NCBI GenBank assembly: GCA_029982615.1
Contig: JARRBK010000004.1
Location: 3,822 to 67,821, forward strand
Source: Tepidanaerobacteraceae bacterium
Lineage (GTDB): Bacteria; Bacillota; Thermosediminibacteria; Thermosediminibacterales; Tepidanaerobacteraceae
DNA: 64,000 nucleotides
Direction: 5' to 3'
Shown: positions 38,185-49,102 of the stretch, piece after piece
How the letters are laid out: each line of letters starts with the position of its first letter
Numbering within the stretch: position 1 is the first letter of the stretch
Translations under genes and position numbers: made by a program
Notes under the pieces: generated by a model
Told to the model about the DNA's origin: nothing
The model's database searches: none
The model's input: only the letters and a program-made list of their open reading frames with translations

Positions 38185-39108
38185 ATGCTCAGCCAGAAAA
38201 ACCTTCTAGGCCTGGAGAACATGACGCAGCAGGATATCGAATTAATCCTGGACACGGCGGATTCTTTTAAGGAAATAATCGATAGAGACGTGAAAAAAGT
38301 GCCCACCCTCCGGGGCAAGTGTGTGGTGAATCTTTTCTACGAACCAAGTACCAGGACCCGAACTTCTTTTGAACTGGCAGGCAAGTATTTGAGCGCGGAC
38401 ACCATAAATTTTTCTTCCTCCACAAGCAGCGTACAAAAGGGCGAAAGCCTGAAAGATACGGCAAAAACGCTGGAGATGATGGGGATAGATGCTGTAGTCA
38501 TACGTCACAGTTCATCGGGAGCTGCTGAATTTTTAAGTGAACATGTGAGCGCGGCGGTCATAAACGCCGGGGATGGTACCCATGAACACCCCACTCAGGC
38601 TCTCCTGGACATGCTCACTGTGAGAGAAAAGAAGGGCACACTAAAAGGCTTGAAAGTGGCGATACTGGGAGATATTCTTTACAGCCGCGTGGCAAGGTCC
38701 AATATTTTTGGCTTCACAAAAATGGGTTCTAGCGTTTATGTGGCTGGTCCCCAGACCCTCATGCCTCCGGCAATAGAAAAAACAGGGGCAAAGGTGGCAA
38801 AAAGCATAGACGAAGCTGTTGAAGGAGCGGATGTGGTGATGGCCCTTAGGATACAGCTGGAAAGGCAGAAAAAAGGATTATTCCCTTCCCAGCGGGAATA
38901 TTCCAGGTTGTTCGGTATAGATAAAAAGAGGCTGTCGCTGGCAAAGCCCGATGCACTTCTGCTCCACCCCGGGCCTGTAAACCGGGGGGTGGAAATAACG
39001 TCGGAAATAATGGACGGCACTCAATCAGTGATTAATGAACAAGTAAAAAACGGTGTGGCCGTGCGGATGGCCGTATTATATCTTTTGATAGGAGGAGCAG
39101 GCCGATGA
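38185..39108 (+). CDS. pyrB: Aspartate carbamoyltransferase catalytic subunit
   Basis: Motifs [19 protein letters not shown] and HPGPVNRG are present. The ATG (MLSQKN) follows GAGGAGG. Confidence 0.95.
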   Translation: MLSQKNLLGLENMTQQDIELILDTADSFKEIIDRDVKKVPTLRGKCVVNLFYEPSTRTRTSFELAGKYLSADTINFSSSTSSVQKGESLKDTAKTLEMMGIDAVVIRHSSSGAAEFLSEHVSAAVINAGDGTHEHPTQALLDMLTVREKKGTLKGLKVAILGDILYSRVARSNIFGFTKMGSSVYVAGPQTLMPPAIEKTGAKVAKSIDEAVEGADVVMALRIQLERQKKGLFPSQREYSRLFGIDKKRLSLAKPDALLLHPGPVNRGVEITSEIMDGTQSVINEQVKNGVAVRMAVLYLLIGGAGR

Positions 39109-40394
39109 AACAAATTTTGAAGAAAGCCCGTGTGATAGATCCTTCTTCCAATCTGGATGAAATATTGGATGTTCTCGTGGTGGACGGCTGCATAGCTGCA
39201 ATAGAGAAAAGCGTGGATATAAGCGGAGCCCAAATACTGGATCTATCCGGAATGATATTAACCCCTGGACTCATAGATATGCACGTGCACTTTAGAGAAC
39301 CGGGTTATGAATACAAAGAGGACATGGAAACGGGAAGCCGCAGCGCTGCAGCAGGAGGGTTTACTGCTGTGGCCTGCATGCCCAATACCATGCCGCCGGT
39401 GGATAATGCGGCTATGGTGGAATATATACGCTCCAGAGCATCAAAAATCGGGCTTGTTAGAGTCTTCCCTGTAGGATGCGTATCAAAAGGCCGGGAAGGC
39501 AGAGAAATAGCTGAAATGGGCGATATGGTCCAAGCAGGAGCCGTGGCTTTTTCCGATGACGGCAATCCTGTGTCCGACAGTTCCCTCATGCGGAAAGCCC
39601 TTCAGTATGCTTCCATGTTCGACAAGGCCATCATAGACCACTGCGAAGATCCCGGCCTTTTTGAAGGCGGCCAGGTAAATGAAGGTTATATCTCAACGCT
39701 TCTGGGCCTGGCGGGTATACCGGCATCCTGCGAAGAGATCATGGTGGCTAGGGATATAATCCTGGCCCGGGATACAGGTGCGAGGGTTCATCTGACTCAC
39801 ATCAGCACAAAAGGTTCAGTGGAGCTCATCCGCAGGGCAAAAGCCGAGGGCGTAAGAGTGACGTGCGATGTCACCCCTCATCATCTAATTCTTACGGAGG
39901 AAGCGGTTATGGGCTATAACACATGTGCCAAAATGAATCCGCCTCTGAGGACAAGAGAAGATGTAAGGGCCCTGATGGAAGGTTTAAGGGACGGCACCAT
40001 AGATGCAATAGCCACCGACCATGCACCGCATTCTCAGGATGAAAAGGATGTGGAATTCGACAAGGCCGCCTTCGGCATAGTCGGCCTGGAAACTGCCCTG
40101 GGGCTCATACTGACGCATATAGTGGGGCAGGGGGAACTCACTCTTTACCAGGCCATCAGCAAAATGACAGCAGGCCCTGCGAAAATTCTTGGCGTAGATG
40201 CCGGCAGGCTGGCTGTCGGAAAACCCGCGGACATTACGGTTATAGACCCGGATATGGAATGGACTGTGGACAAGAATAAATTCTTGTCCAAAGGCCGAAA
40301 CACCCCCTTTGACGGGTGGAAATTAAAAGGCAGGGCCGTCATGACCATGGTAGGAGGTACCAGGCACTCGATTATCCCCTGTGAAAAATTTTAA
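39105..40394 (+). CDS. pyrC: Dihydroorotase
   Basis: Motifs [13 protein letters not shown] and ATDHAPH are present. The start overlaps the pyrB stop by 4 nt. Confidence 0.95.
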   Translation: MKQILKKARVIDPSSNLDEILDVLVVDGCIAAIEKSVDISGAQILDLSGMILTPGLIDMHVHFREPGYEYKEDMETGSRSAAAGGFTAVACMPNTMPPVDNAAMVEYIRSRASKIGLVRVFPVGCVSKGREGREIAEMGDMVQAGAVAFSDDGNPVSDSSLMRKALQYASMFDKAIIDHCEDPGLFEGGQVNEGYISTLLGLAGIPASCEEIMVARDIILARDTGARVHLTHISTKGSVELIRRAKAEGVRVTCDVTPHHLILTEEAVMGYNTCAKMNPPLRTREDVRALMEGLRDGTIDAIATDHAPHSQDEKDVEFDKAAFGIVGLETALGLILTHIVGQGELTLYQAISKMTAGPAKILGVDAGRLAVGKPADITVIDPDMEWTVDKNKFLSKGRNTPFDGWKLKGRAVMTMVGGTRHSIIPCEKF

Positions 40395-40471
40395 GACAGT
40401 ATTTTTAAATAATATAGACATGAATACCCGTAGAAATAGGGACTTTTCTAAAGCCGGAAAGGAGCATTAAA

Positions 40472-41623
40472 ATGAAAGCAATCATTGCACTGATAGACGG
40501 CAGCGTATACGAAGGAAGGGCTTTTGGTGCTGCCGGCACCGCCTGGGGAGAAGTGGTTTTCAACACCGGCATGACAGGATACCAGGAAATCCTGACAGAC
40601 CCCTCCTACGCAGGGCAGATAGTCACTCTCACCTATCCGCTGGTGGGGAATTATGGAACTTCAGAGGAATTTACTGAGTCGGATTCTCCGAAAGTGAGGG
40701 GTTTTATAGTGCGGGAAGCCTATTCTCGAAGTGAGGGGTTGGATGTTCGGGGTTCGAAAGGTCCGCAGGATGAATCAAACGGAAGTTATAATGCATACAG
40801 CATATGGACAAAAGAGCGCAAAGCACTGGATGAATACCTGAAACGGTACAATATCGTAGCCGTGGATGGAGTAGATACTCGAAGCCTTACGCGAAAAATA
40901 AGGCAGTATGGCGTAATGAAAGGAGCAATTTCCACCGAGTTTTCCGGGAAAGAGCTTCTTGAAATGCTCCAAGAGTGGCCCGATGTGGAAAGTCAGGATC
41001 TGGTGAACCAGGTGAGCACAAAGCAAGCGTATACCCGAGAAAAGGGAAAAGGCCCCAAAATAGCCCTTCTGGACTTGGGAGTAAAAAAAGATATAGTTGA
41101 ATCCCTGGTAGACCGAGGCGCAAGGGTTACCGTGTTTCCAGCGGTTACGCCGGCAGAAACCATTCTTTCCGGAAATTTTCATGGAGTGCTCTTATCCAAT
41201 GGGCCAGGTGATCCACAAAAAGCCGTATATGCTGTGGAAACAGTCCGTAAATTGCTGGGCAGAATTCCCATTTTCGGCATATGCCTTGGGCACCAGTTGC
41301 TGGCACTGGCCCTCGGGGGCAAAACCTACAAGCTCAAGTTCGGGCACAGGGGAGCCAACCACCCTGTAAAAGACTTAAAGAACGACAGGGTTTTTATGAC
41401 ATCTCAAAATCACGGTTATGCTGTGGACGCAGCCTCTATCGAAGGCAGAGCATTAGTAACCTTCGTAAATGCCAACGACGGCACTGTGGAAGGGCTGGAA
41501 GTGCCGAATGCGGCGGCCTTTTCTGTACAGTTCCATCCGGAAGCTTCCCCGGGCCCATGCGATGCTGCATATTTATTCGATAAATTTATTGAGCTGATTA
41601 AAAAACGACATAGATGTGAATAA
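40472..41623 (+). CDS. carA: Carbamoyl-phosphate synthase small (glutaminase) subunit
   Basis: Motifs GICLGHQLLALA and HRGANHPV are present, and the glutamine amidotransferase triad context is intact. The N-domain carries an insertion of about 25 aa. Confidence 0.95.
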   Translation: MKAIIALIDGSVYEGRAFGAAGTAWGEVVFNTGMTGYQEILTDPSYAGQIVTLTYPLVGNYGTSEEFTESDSPKVRGFIVREAYSRSEGLDVRGSKGPQDESNGSYNAYSIWTKERKALDEYLKRYNIVAVDGVDTRSLTRKIRQYGVMKGAISTEFSGKELLEMLQEWPDVESQDLVNQVSTKQAYTREKGKGPKIALLDLGVKKDIVESLVDRGARVTVFPAVTPAETILSGNFHGVLLSNGPGDPQKAVYAVETVRKLLGRIPIFGICLGHQLLALALGGKTYKLKFGHRGANHPVKDLKNDRVFMTSQNHGYAVDAASIEGRALVTFVNANDGTVEGLEVPNAAAFSVQFHPEASPGPCDAAYLFDKFIELIKKRHRCE

Positions 41624-41791
41624 CGATTAAATGTGCAATAGAAATACAGGGCGGGCTATACGAAGTTAAAATTATAATGCAAGATTAATTAGTATGATGT
41701 ATAATTATTTATAGAATTTATACAGAACGACGAACCATCGGAGTCTGCAGTCAAATGACTTCCGGCCTCCGATAAACAAAGGAGGAACATC

Positions 41792-44700
41792 ATGCCGAAA
41801 GAAAAAGCACTGAAAAAAGTCATGGTTATCGGCTCCGGCCCCATCATTATCGGGCAGGCGGCGGAGTTCGATTACGCGGGGACTCAGGCGTGCCTTTCTC
41901 TCAAGGAAGAAGGCCTTGAAGTGGTGCTCATCAACAGCAACCCCGCTACTATTATGACCGATTCCCATATAGCAGACCGGGTATATATAGAGCCTCTAAC
42001 ACTGGAATTTGCCGCCAGCGTCATAAGGCGCGAAAAACCTGACGGCCTTCTACCCACCCTGGGCGGCCAGGTGGGGTTGAACCTGGCAGTAGAACTGGCG
42101 GAAAAGGGCATTCTCGATAAAGAGGGCGTGAGGCTCCTGGGGACACCCCTTTCTTCCATCAAGAAAGCCGAAGACAGGGAGCTTTTCAAAAAACTGATGC
42201 AGGAGATAGGCGAGCCGGTGCCCGACAGCCGCATTGTGCATAGCCTCAAAGAGGCGAAGGCATTTGCCCGGGAGGCGGGATACCCGCTCATAGTGCGTCC
42301 TGCCTATACTCTGGGCGGCACCGGCGGTGGTGTGGCGTACAACGAAGAAGAGCTCATGGATATCACATCCCACGGCCTTAAGCTCAGCAGGATTCATCAG
42401 GTGCTGCTGGAAAAAAGCCTGCTCGGCATGAAGGAAATCGAATATGAGGTAATGAGGGACAAGAAAGACCAGTGCATCACCATATGCAACATGGAAAACA
42501 TTGATCCGGTGGGCATCCATACCGGTGACAGCATAGTGGTGGCGCCCAGCCAGACCCTTTCTGACAGGGAATACCAGATGCTGCGTTCCGCTTCCCTCAG
42601 AATAATACGGGCACTGGGAATAGAAGGCGGCTGCAATGTGCAGTTTGCCCTCGACCCGGATACCGGGAAATACTACGTCATAGAGGTAAACCCCAGAGTG
42701 AGCCGTTCCAGCGCACTGGCATCCAAAGCTACCGGCTACCCCATAGCAAAGATTGCAGCCAAGATAGCCATAGGGCTTACCTTGGACGAGATGAAAAACC
42801 CGGTTACCGGCAAGACCAGCGCATGTTTCGAGCCAGCCTTGGACTACGTCGTGGCCAAAATGCCCCGCTGGCCTTTTGACAAATTCACCGATGCCGACAG
42901 GACCCTAGGCACCCAGATGAAAGCCACGGGCGAGGTCATGGCCATAGACAGGACCCTGGAAGGGGCGTTGATGAAAGCGGTTAGGTCTCTGGAGCAGGGA
43001 GTCATAGACTTTTCTCTGAAAGGAATGAAGAATCAGCCGATTGAAGAAATCAAAAAACAAATCGAAAAAGCTACTGATGAACGCTTTTTCGCCATAGCCG
43101 AAGCCCTTCGCCGGGGGGTTAGCGTGGATGAAATATATGAGATGAGCAAAATTGACCGCTTTTTTCTGGAAAAAATAGAAAATATAATAAAAATGGAAGA
43201 GAGGATAAAGGAGAGCGATCTGTCTCCCGAACTATTAAAGCGGGCAAAACAGATGCAGTTTCCGGACAGAGTGATTGCCTCCCTAAAAAATATTCCCGAG
43301 GAAGATGTTAGGGCGCTAAGGCGAAAATACGGCATTGCCCCCACCTATAAGATAGTGGACACCTGCGCCGCGGAATTCGAAGCCGAGACGCCTTACTTTT
43401 ACTCCACCTTTGAGGAGGAAAACGAGGCGGACACGGGCCCTGAGCCGTCGGTGATCATAATCGGCTCCGGCCCCATAAGGATAGGCCAGGGCATAGAATT
43501 CGATTACTGTTGCGTGCATTCGGTTTGGGCCGCAAAGGATGCGGGCTATAGGACCGTCATAATAAACAACAATCCGGAGACTGTGAGCACGGATTTTAAC
43601 ACCGCCGACCGCCTGTACTTCGAGCCGCTTTACATTGAGGACGTCATGGCGGTCATAGAACAGGAAAAGCCCGTGGGAGTCATAGTGCAGTTCGGAGGCC
43701 AGACCGCCATAAATCTGGCAGGGCCCCTGCGGCAAAGGGGCGTTAAAATATTGGGAACCTCTGTGGAATCCATCGATGCCGCAGAAGACAGGGAAAAATT
43801 CGACGCACTTTTGAGCGAGCTCGACATACCTCGCCCCAAAGCCGGTGCGGCCAGGAGCGCGGAGGAAGCCCTGCAAAAAGCAGGGGACATAGGCTTCCCG
43901 CTGCTGGTGAGACCATCCTATGTGCTGGGCGGCAGAGCCATGGAGATAGTATATAATATGGAGGAATTGAAAACCTATATGGAGGAGGCAGTAGAGGCTT
44001 CTCCGGAAAGGCCAGTGCTCATCGACAGGTACATCGGGGGCACTGAGGTGGAAGTGGACGCCGTGTGCGACGGCAAAGAAGTGCTCATCCCCGGAATAAT
44101 GGAGCATATAGAAAGAGCCGGAATTCACTCCGGCGACAGCATAGCGGTGTACCCGCACCAGACCCTGAGCGATGCCGCTGTGGAAAAAATTGTGGAATAC
44201 ACCGAGAAAATCGCCCTGAAACTCGATGTCAGAGGCCTAATAAACATACAGTTTGTGGTAAACGGCAACGAGGTTTACATCATCGAGGTAAATCCCCGCT
44301 CCAGTCGCACTGTGCCGTACCTCAGTAAAATAACGGGGGTGCCCATGGTGGATGTGGCCACAAAAATAGCTCTGGGCAAAAGCCTCAGGGAACTGGGTTA
44401 CAAAGGGGGCCTCATGCCGAAACCCGATTTTGTGGCAATAAAGGCTCCGGTATTCTCCTTCTCAAAGCTGCGACAAGTGGAGCCTTCTCTGGGGCCGGAG
44501 ATGAAATCCACCGGAGAGGTGCTGGGGATGGAAAAGACCTTTCAAAAGGCGCTGTACAAGGCGTTCACCGCATCCGGCATAAAAATCCCTACCGACGGGG
44601 CTATCCTGGCCACCATAGCGGACAGGGACAAGCCTGAAGCCGTGAAGCTCTTGAAAAAATTTTACAAACTAGGATTTTCCATATATGCCACCTGTGGCAC

Positions 44701-44971
44701 TGCCAAAGCGCTGCAGGAAGCCGGAGTGCCAGCTGTGGTAATCAAAAAAGTGGAGGAGGGCTCCCCCAACATACTGGACCTTTTGCGGGAAGGCAAGGTA
44801 GACATGATAATAAATACCCTTACCCGCGGCAGGGCTCCCGAAAGAGACGGCTTCAAGATAAGGCGGGCAGCCGCCGAGGACGGCATTCCCTGCCTCACGT
44901 CACTTGATACCGCCAGAGCCCTGTACGAAGTAATCGAAGCCACTTCCATAAAACTGATGCCGATAAAATAG
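41792..44971 (+). CDS. carB: Carbamoyl-phosphate synthase large subunit
   Basis: The duplicated ATP-grasp halves are present ([24 protein letters not shown] / [22 protein letters not shown]), followed by a C-terminal MGS-like domain. Length 1059 aa. Confidence 0.97.
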   Translation: MPKEKALKKVMVIGSGPIIIGQAAEFDYAGTQACLSLKEEGLEVVLINSNPATIMTDSHIADRVYIEPLTLEFAASVIRREKPDGLLPTLGGQVGLNLAVELAEKGILDKEGVRLLGTPLSSIKKAEDRELFKKLMQEIGEPVPDSRIVHSLKEAKAFAREAGYPLIVRPAYTLGGTGGGVAYNEEELMDITSHGLKLSRIHQVLLEKSLLGMKEIEYEVMRDKKDQCITICNMENIDPVGIHTGDSIVVAPSQTLSDREYQMLRSASLRIIRALGIEGGCNVQFALDPDTGKYYVIEVNPRVSRSSALASKATGYPIAKIAAKIAIGLTLDEMKNPVTGKTSACFEPALDYVVAKMPRWPFDKFTDADRTLGTQMKATGEVMAIDRTLEGALMKAVRSLEQGVIDFSLKGMKNQPIEEIKKQIEKATDERFFAIAEALRRGVSVDEIYEMSKIDRFFLEKIENIIKMEERIKESDLSPELLKRAKQMQFPDRVIASLKNIPEEDVRALRRKYGIAPTYKIVDTCAAEFEAETPYFYSTFEEENEADTGPEPSVIIIGSGPIRIGQGIEFDYCCVHSVWAAKDAGYRTVIINNNPETVSTDFNTADRLYFEPLYIEDVMAVIEQEKPVGVIVQFGGQTAINLAGPLRQRGVKILGTSVESIDAAEDREKFDALLSELDIPRPKAGAARSAEEALQKAGDIGFPLLVRPSYVLGGRAMEIVYNMEELKTYMEEAVEASPERPVLIDRYIGGTEVEVDAVCDGKEVLIPGIMEHIERAGIHSGDSIAVYPHQTLSDAAVEKIVEYTEKIALKLDVRGLINIQFVVNGNEVYIIEVNPRSSRTVPYLSKITGVPMVDVATKIALGKSLRELGYKGGLMPKPDFVAIKAPVFSFSKLRQVEPSLGPEMKSTGEVLGMEKTFQKALYKAFTASGIKIPTDGAILATIADRDKPEAVKLLKKFYKLGFSIYATCGTAKALQEAGVPAVVIKKVEEGSPNILDLLREGKVDMIINTLTRGRAPERDGFKIRRAAAEDGIPCLTSLDTARALYEVIEATSIKLMPIK

Positions 44972-45020
44972 ACCACAAGGTTTTCAATATAAATATAATA
45001 ATCAAGGAAGAAGGTGTCAG

Positions 45021-45929
45021 ATGTCGCTTTTTTGCGGACTTGTGAAAATAAAAGAGAATGCGGAAATTGCTCCCGGCATTTACCGCATGATGATGGAGTG
45101 CCCGGAAGTGGCTGAATGTGCCGTTCCTGGCCAGTTTATACACATACGCTGCTCGGATACCCACTCACCCCTGCTTCGCCGTCCGATAAGCATCGCCATG
45201 GCGGACAAGAGTGCAGGGCTGATTGAGATATTTTACCGCGTCGTGGGAGAAGGTACCGGGCTTCTTGCCAGGAAGGAAAAACAAGATATGCTGGACATAA
45301 TGGGCCCTCTCGGCAGAGGATTTCCTCTCCAGCCTGGCTTAAAACTTCCAATAATTGTGGGTGGCGGCATCGGCATGGCGCCCCTCCTCTTTCTGGCGAA
45401 ATCCTTAAAAGAAAATGCGACATCCAGCGATTACTGTTGCAGGGAAAGCTTCACCGGTCTTGCGTTTGCTGGTTTTGCCACTGAGATGGAAGCCTTTGGG
45501 ATGTCATTTCTGGAGGATTGCGGATTTAAAGTTCATATATGTACCGACGATGGGAGCATGGGATATAAAGGATATCCAACAGACCTGCTGGAAAAGTATT
45601 TGGGAGGCAGCATATTTTTGTCCTCGATATCAACCGGTGAAATTGCAGGAGCTGCCGGTGCACCGGGATGCCCTGCGACTGAGGCTGCAATGCTGCCGAG
45701 CGCCGTTTACGCCTGTGGCCCGGAAGCCCTCCTAAAAAAAGTAAAAGAAATAGTGTCCCGGGCAAAAGTACCGGCATACTTATCCCTGGAACAGCGCATG
45801 GCCTGTGGAGTGGGAGCCTGCCTTGGCTGCGCGGTGAAATCTGCCGGAAGCGGTTATCTGAAAGTGTGCAAAGACGGCCCGGTATTTGAAGTAAATCAGG
45901 TTATTCTGAGTCAGGAGACTGCTCCTTGA
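45021..45929 (+). CDS. pyrK: Dihydroorotate dehydrogenase B electron-transfer subunit (FAD/2Fe-2S)
   Basis: RRPISIA, GGGIGMAPL and the C-terminal cluster motif MACGVGACLGCAV are present. The gene is longer than usual because of internal insertions. Confidence 0.9.
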   Translation: MSLFCGLVKIKENAEIAPGIYRMMMECPEVAECAVPGQFIHIRCSDTHSPLLRRPISIAMADKSAGLIEIFYRVVGEGTGLLARKEKQDMLDIMGPLGRGFPLQPGLKLPIIVGGGIGMAPLLFLAKSLKENATSSDYCCRESFTGLAFAGFATEMEAFGMSFLEDCGFKVHICTDDGSMGYKGYPTDLLEKYLGGSIFLSSISTGEIAGAAGAPGCPATEAAMLPSAVYACGPEALLKKVKEIVSRAKVPAYLSLEQRMACGVGACLGCAVKSAGSGYLKVCKDGPVFEVNQVILSQETAP

Positions 45930-45998
45930 CTTATTTTCTCAAAAATTGTGAGTCAAGGGAACAGTACTCTGACTTACAATAAAGGGAGTATGTTATAG

Positions 45999-46994
45999 AT
46001 GGATGAGAGGTTTTTAAACACAGGCTGGAATCGATATGAAGTTGAACGCGCGGAAAAGCTTCAGCGCCAGACCGACGAGGTCGTTTTCGCGGACATTTCT
46101 GCAAATATCTGCGGCATTGCCATGAAAAACCCGGTTATGGTGGCGTCGGGCACCTTCGGCTTCGGCGAGGAATACGCAGGCTTTTATGATATAAGTCGGC
46201 TGGGAGCAATTGTGACCAAGGGCCTCACGCTGGAACCAAGGTGCGGCAATCCTCCCCCAAGGGTTTACGAGACACCAGCAGGCATGCTGAATTCCATAGG
46301 CCTGGAAAACCCAGGGGTGGAGGAATTTATCCGAAGGGAATGGCCCCGCCTTTGCCGGTTGGGCATCCCGGTTATCGCGAACATCGACGGGGATACCGTT
46401 GATGACTATTACCGAATGGCGCGTCGCCTTTCGGAATTAGACGGCCTTGCGGCTGTTGAAGCAAATATTTCCTGCCCCAATGTGGAAAAGGGCGGCATGG
46501 CTTTCGGCCAGTATCCGGAAAGCGCCTATGAAGCCGTAAAAGCTGTGAGGGAGGGGACAAATCTCCCCGTCATAGCCAAACTTTCGCCCAACGTCACAGA
46601 TATACAAAAGATTGCCGAAGCTGTGGTGGATGCTGGGGCTGATGCCGTTTCTCTGATAAACACCCTGCAAGGCATGGCCATAGATATACATACGAAAAAG
46701 CCCCTCTTTTGCCGCACTTTTGCAGGCCTCTCGGGGCCTGCCGTAAAACCGGTGGCTGTGCGCATGGTGTGGCAGGTATACGAAACGGTAAAGGTGCCCA
46801 TCATAGGCATGGGAGGCATCACGTCATGGAGGGATGCTGTGGAATTCATACTGGCCGGTGCTTCGGCTATCTCTGTGGGCACCGCAAATTTCGTAGATCC
46901 TTTTGCGCCGTTAAAAATCATATCCGGGTTGAGACAATATATGACGAATCAAGGCATTAAAACACTAAATGAAATTATAGGTGCGGCTCATTAA
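45999..46994 (+). CDS. pyrD: Dihydroorotate dehydrogenase B catalytic subunit
   Basis: Motifs [20 protein letters not shown] and GMGGI are present. The ATG follows AAGGGAG. Confidence 0.93.
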   Translation: MDERFLNTGWNRYEVERAEKLQRQTDEVVFADISANICGIAMKNPVMVASGTFGFGEEYAGFYDISRLGAIVTKGLTLEPRCGNPPPRVYETPAGMLNSIGLENPGVEEFIRREWPRLCRLGIPVIANIDGDTVDDYYRMARRLSELDGLAAVEANISCPNVEKGGMAFGQYPESAYEAVKAVREGTNLPVIAKLSPNVTDIQKIAEAVVDAGADAVSLINTLQGMAIDIHTKKPLFCRTFAGLSGPAVKPVAVRMVWQVYETVKVPIIGMGGITSWRDAVEFILAGASAISVGTANFVDPFAPLKIISGLRQYMTNQGIKTLNEIIGAAH

Positions 46995-47201
46995 AAAACA
47001 TGCCCCTCCGGCATAAGAGCAGCTTATAAAACGGAATTCCCCTGCTGCGAAAACGGTACAAGGAATTTATGGACAGAAATTTTCAGGGGTTTTCCGCTTG
47101 CTTTGAATCGGATTTTTCTGCTGAGGTACAGCCGATAAGGCTCAGGAAAATTCAAAAAGAGTGGTGTAAAAAATGAGGATTTTAGAAAGGAGTAAAATAT
47201 A

Positions 47202-47774
47202 TTGGATACAAATGAAATTTTAACCTTATTTGAGCAATCGGAAGCCATGCTCACCGGCCATTTTATTCTCACTTCGGGCCGCCATAGTGACAGATACATG
47301 CAGTGCGCAAAGCTTCTCCAGTATCCTGATGCGGCAGAAAAAGTATGCTGGGAACTGGCAGAAAAATTTAAAGATATGGAGATTGAGACCGTCATAGGCC
47401 CCGCTTTAGGGGGAATACTGGTTTCCTACGAAGTGGCCCGTGCGCTGAAAGCCCGTTCCATCTTTGCGGAAAGAGAAAATGGGGTTATGAGCCTTCGCCG
47501 CGGATTTGCTTTAAAACCAGGCGAAAAAGTGCTGGTCGTGGAAGATGTGGTGACCACGGGGGGTTCAGTAAAAGAAGTCATAGACCTGGTAAGCTCCTAT
47601 GGCGCCGTAGCGGTGGCAGTAGGAGCCCTGGTGGACCGCAGCGGAGGCAAGGTGGATTTTAAAGTGCCTGCACGCTTTCTTTTAGAGCTCGAGATTAAAT
47701 CCTACCTGCCCGAAGAATGCCCTCTCTGCAAGCAGGGAATACCGGCGGTCAAACCCGGCAGCAGAAAAATATAA
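47202..47774 (+). CDS. pyrE: Orotate phosphoribosyltransferase
   Basis: GHFILTSGRHSDRY and the PRPP motif VLVVEDVVTTGGS are present. TTG start after AAAGGAG. Confidence 0.9.
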   Translation: MDTNEILTLFEQSEAMLTGHFILTSGRHSDRYMQCAKLLQYPDAAEKVCWELAEKFKDMEIETVIGPALGGILVSYEVARALKARSIFAERENGVMSLRRGFALKPGEKVLVVEDVVTTGGSVKEVIDLVSSYGAVAVAVGALVDRSGGKVDFKVPARFLLELEIKSYLPEECPLCKQGIPAVKPGSRKI

Positions 47775-47791
47775 AGTCAGGAGAGATTTCA

Positions 47792-48505
47792 ATGTCACAC
47801 GAATTTAGCCGAACCATTATAGCCCTGGATACCCCTGACGAGCAAAGAGCCCTTGAAATAGTAAGGGCGCTGAAGACCAAGGTAAACATTTTTAAAGTGG
47901 GGTTGGAACTTTTTTGCTCTGCCGGCCCTTCCGTAGTAGAAAAGATAAATACTGAAGGCTGCAGAGTTTTCCTCGATTTAAAATTTCACGACATTCCCAA
48001 TACGGTATACGGTGCAGTAAGGGCTGCCGTAAACACTGGAGCTTTCATGTTCAACATCCATGCTTCCGGCGGCAGGGAAATGATGAAGAAAGCAAAAGAA
48101 GCGCGAGATGCAGCCTTTGGTGAAACAATAAAAAATCACGGCTTCAAGCCCTTGCTCTTAGCGGTTACGGTGCTTACCAGCCTCACAGACCGGGATATGA
48201 AAGAAATAAACATTGAAAAGCCCTCCCAAGACCAAGTGGTAGCCCTGGCAAAGCTGGCAAAAGAATGCGGCATGGACGGCGTAGTGGCTTCGCCGAAGGA
48301 GATTGCAGCCATAAGAAGGGAACTGGGGGCAGACTTTGTCATAGTGACGCCGGGAGTGCGCCCGGCCTGGGCCGCCTCCAATGACCAAAAGCGCGTGGCC
48401 ACGCCGCGGGAAGCGCTGGATGCTGGAGCCGATTACATCGTCATAGGGCGGCCAGTCACCGCCGCCTCAGACCCTGAAAAGGCAATTGAAAATATTTTTT
48501 GCTAA
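47792..48505 (+). CDS. pyrF: Orotidine 5'-phosphate decarboxylase
   Basis: IIALDT and DLKFHDIPNT are present, plus a C-terminal GADYIVIGRPV. The ATG (MSHEF) follows GGAGAG. Confidence 0.93.
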   Translation: MSHEFSRTIIALDTPDEQRALEIVRALKTKVNIFKVGLELFCSAGPSVVEKINTEGCRVFLDLKFHDIPNTVYGAVRAAVNTGAFMFNIHASGGREMMKKAKEARDAAFGETIKNHGFKPLLLAVTVLTSLTDRDMKEINIEKPSQDQVVALAKLAKECGMDGVVASPKEIAAIRRELGADFVIVTPGVRPAWAASNDQKRVATPREALDAGADYIVIGRPVTAASDPEKAIENIFC

Positions 48506-48597
48506 TTTTATCAATGAAAATACTGCACCAAATTGAACATAGCCGTAGCCTTGTGGTGCCGTCATAAACTAACCCTTCCGTCCATGTTCACATTATA

Positions 48598-48633
48598 CTC
48601 CTCCGCCTCATAGTATAAAATGAGGAGGAGGAG
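48598..48633 (+). promoter_or_regulatory. Hairpin sequestering the Shine-Dalgarno of the downstream holin-like gene
   Basis: CTCCTCCGCCTCAT (48598-611) pairs 13/14 with ATGAGGAGGAGGAG (48620-633). The loop is AGTATAAA. The start codon is at 48641. Confidence 0.5.
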
Positions 48634-48640
48634 ATTTTTC

Positions 48641-48997
48641 ATGAATTGGGGGGCATGGCTGAAGTTTATCGTGCAAGTACTTACAAATGAAGCGGTAATG
48701 GAACCTATTATTGCAGTAGTATTGGGATACGGCGTGAACGCTTATACTAAAAACCGGCGTTATCGAATTATCATGGACCTTACTGCTGATATCGTCGACT
48801 ATATAGAAGAGCACTACAAGGAATGGGGAATTAAGGGCAGTGCAAAAATGGATAAATTTATGGAAATTTTTGTTAAAGAATATAAAAAGCAAATGGGGCG
48901 AAAACCAAAACAAATCGAATTGGAGAGTGCCAGAATCCGGGCAGAGGCCCTGGTGCAGCGTGCGCGCCGTTCGATGCCTGTAAAGCCTCCTAAATAA
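48641..48997 (+). CDS. Small membrane protein resembling LL-H-type phage holins
   Basis: It has one N-terminal TM segment (MEPIIAVVLGYGV) and a charged helical tail (DYIEEHYKEWGIKGSAKMDKFMEIFVKEYKK...), an architecture like Holin_LLH. The assignment is by eye only. Confidence 0.4.
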   Translation: MNWGAWLKFIVQVLTNEAVMEPIIAVVLGYGVNAYTKNRRYRIIMDLTADIVDYIEEHYKEWGIKGSAKMDKFMEIFVKEYKKQMGRKPKQIELESARIRAEALVQRARRSMPVKPPK

Positions 48998-49102
48998 AAT
49001 GGCAAATACTGTTTGTCCTTGCATGGATTGACATGAAATTATATAATAGTAGTGAAATTGAGATTAATGACTCTGTAGCATTTTTAATCACAGGAGGAGC
49101 TT

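Noticed and set aside
43316-44158. 280-aa ORF antisense to carB, and the 228-aa ORF at 25162-25848 opposite the UPF0210 gene
   Set aside because: The same reasoning applies. The sense frames are conserved enzymes end to end, and the antisense products show no motifs.
47024-47395. 123-aa minus-strand ORF spanning the pyrD-pyrE spacer and the pyrE 5' end
   Set aside because: It overlaps the well-supported pyrE start, has no RBS, and lies antisense within a co-directional operon. The 207-nt pyrD-pyrE spacer itself showed only a weak hairpin (ATGCC-CCTCC-GGCAT, 46999-47013) with no U-tract, so I do not call a feature there.
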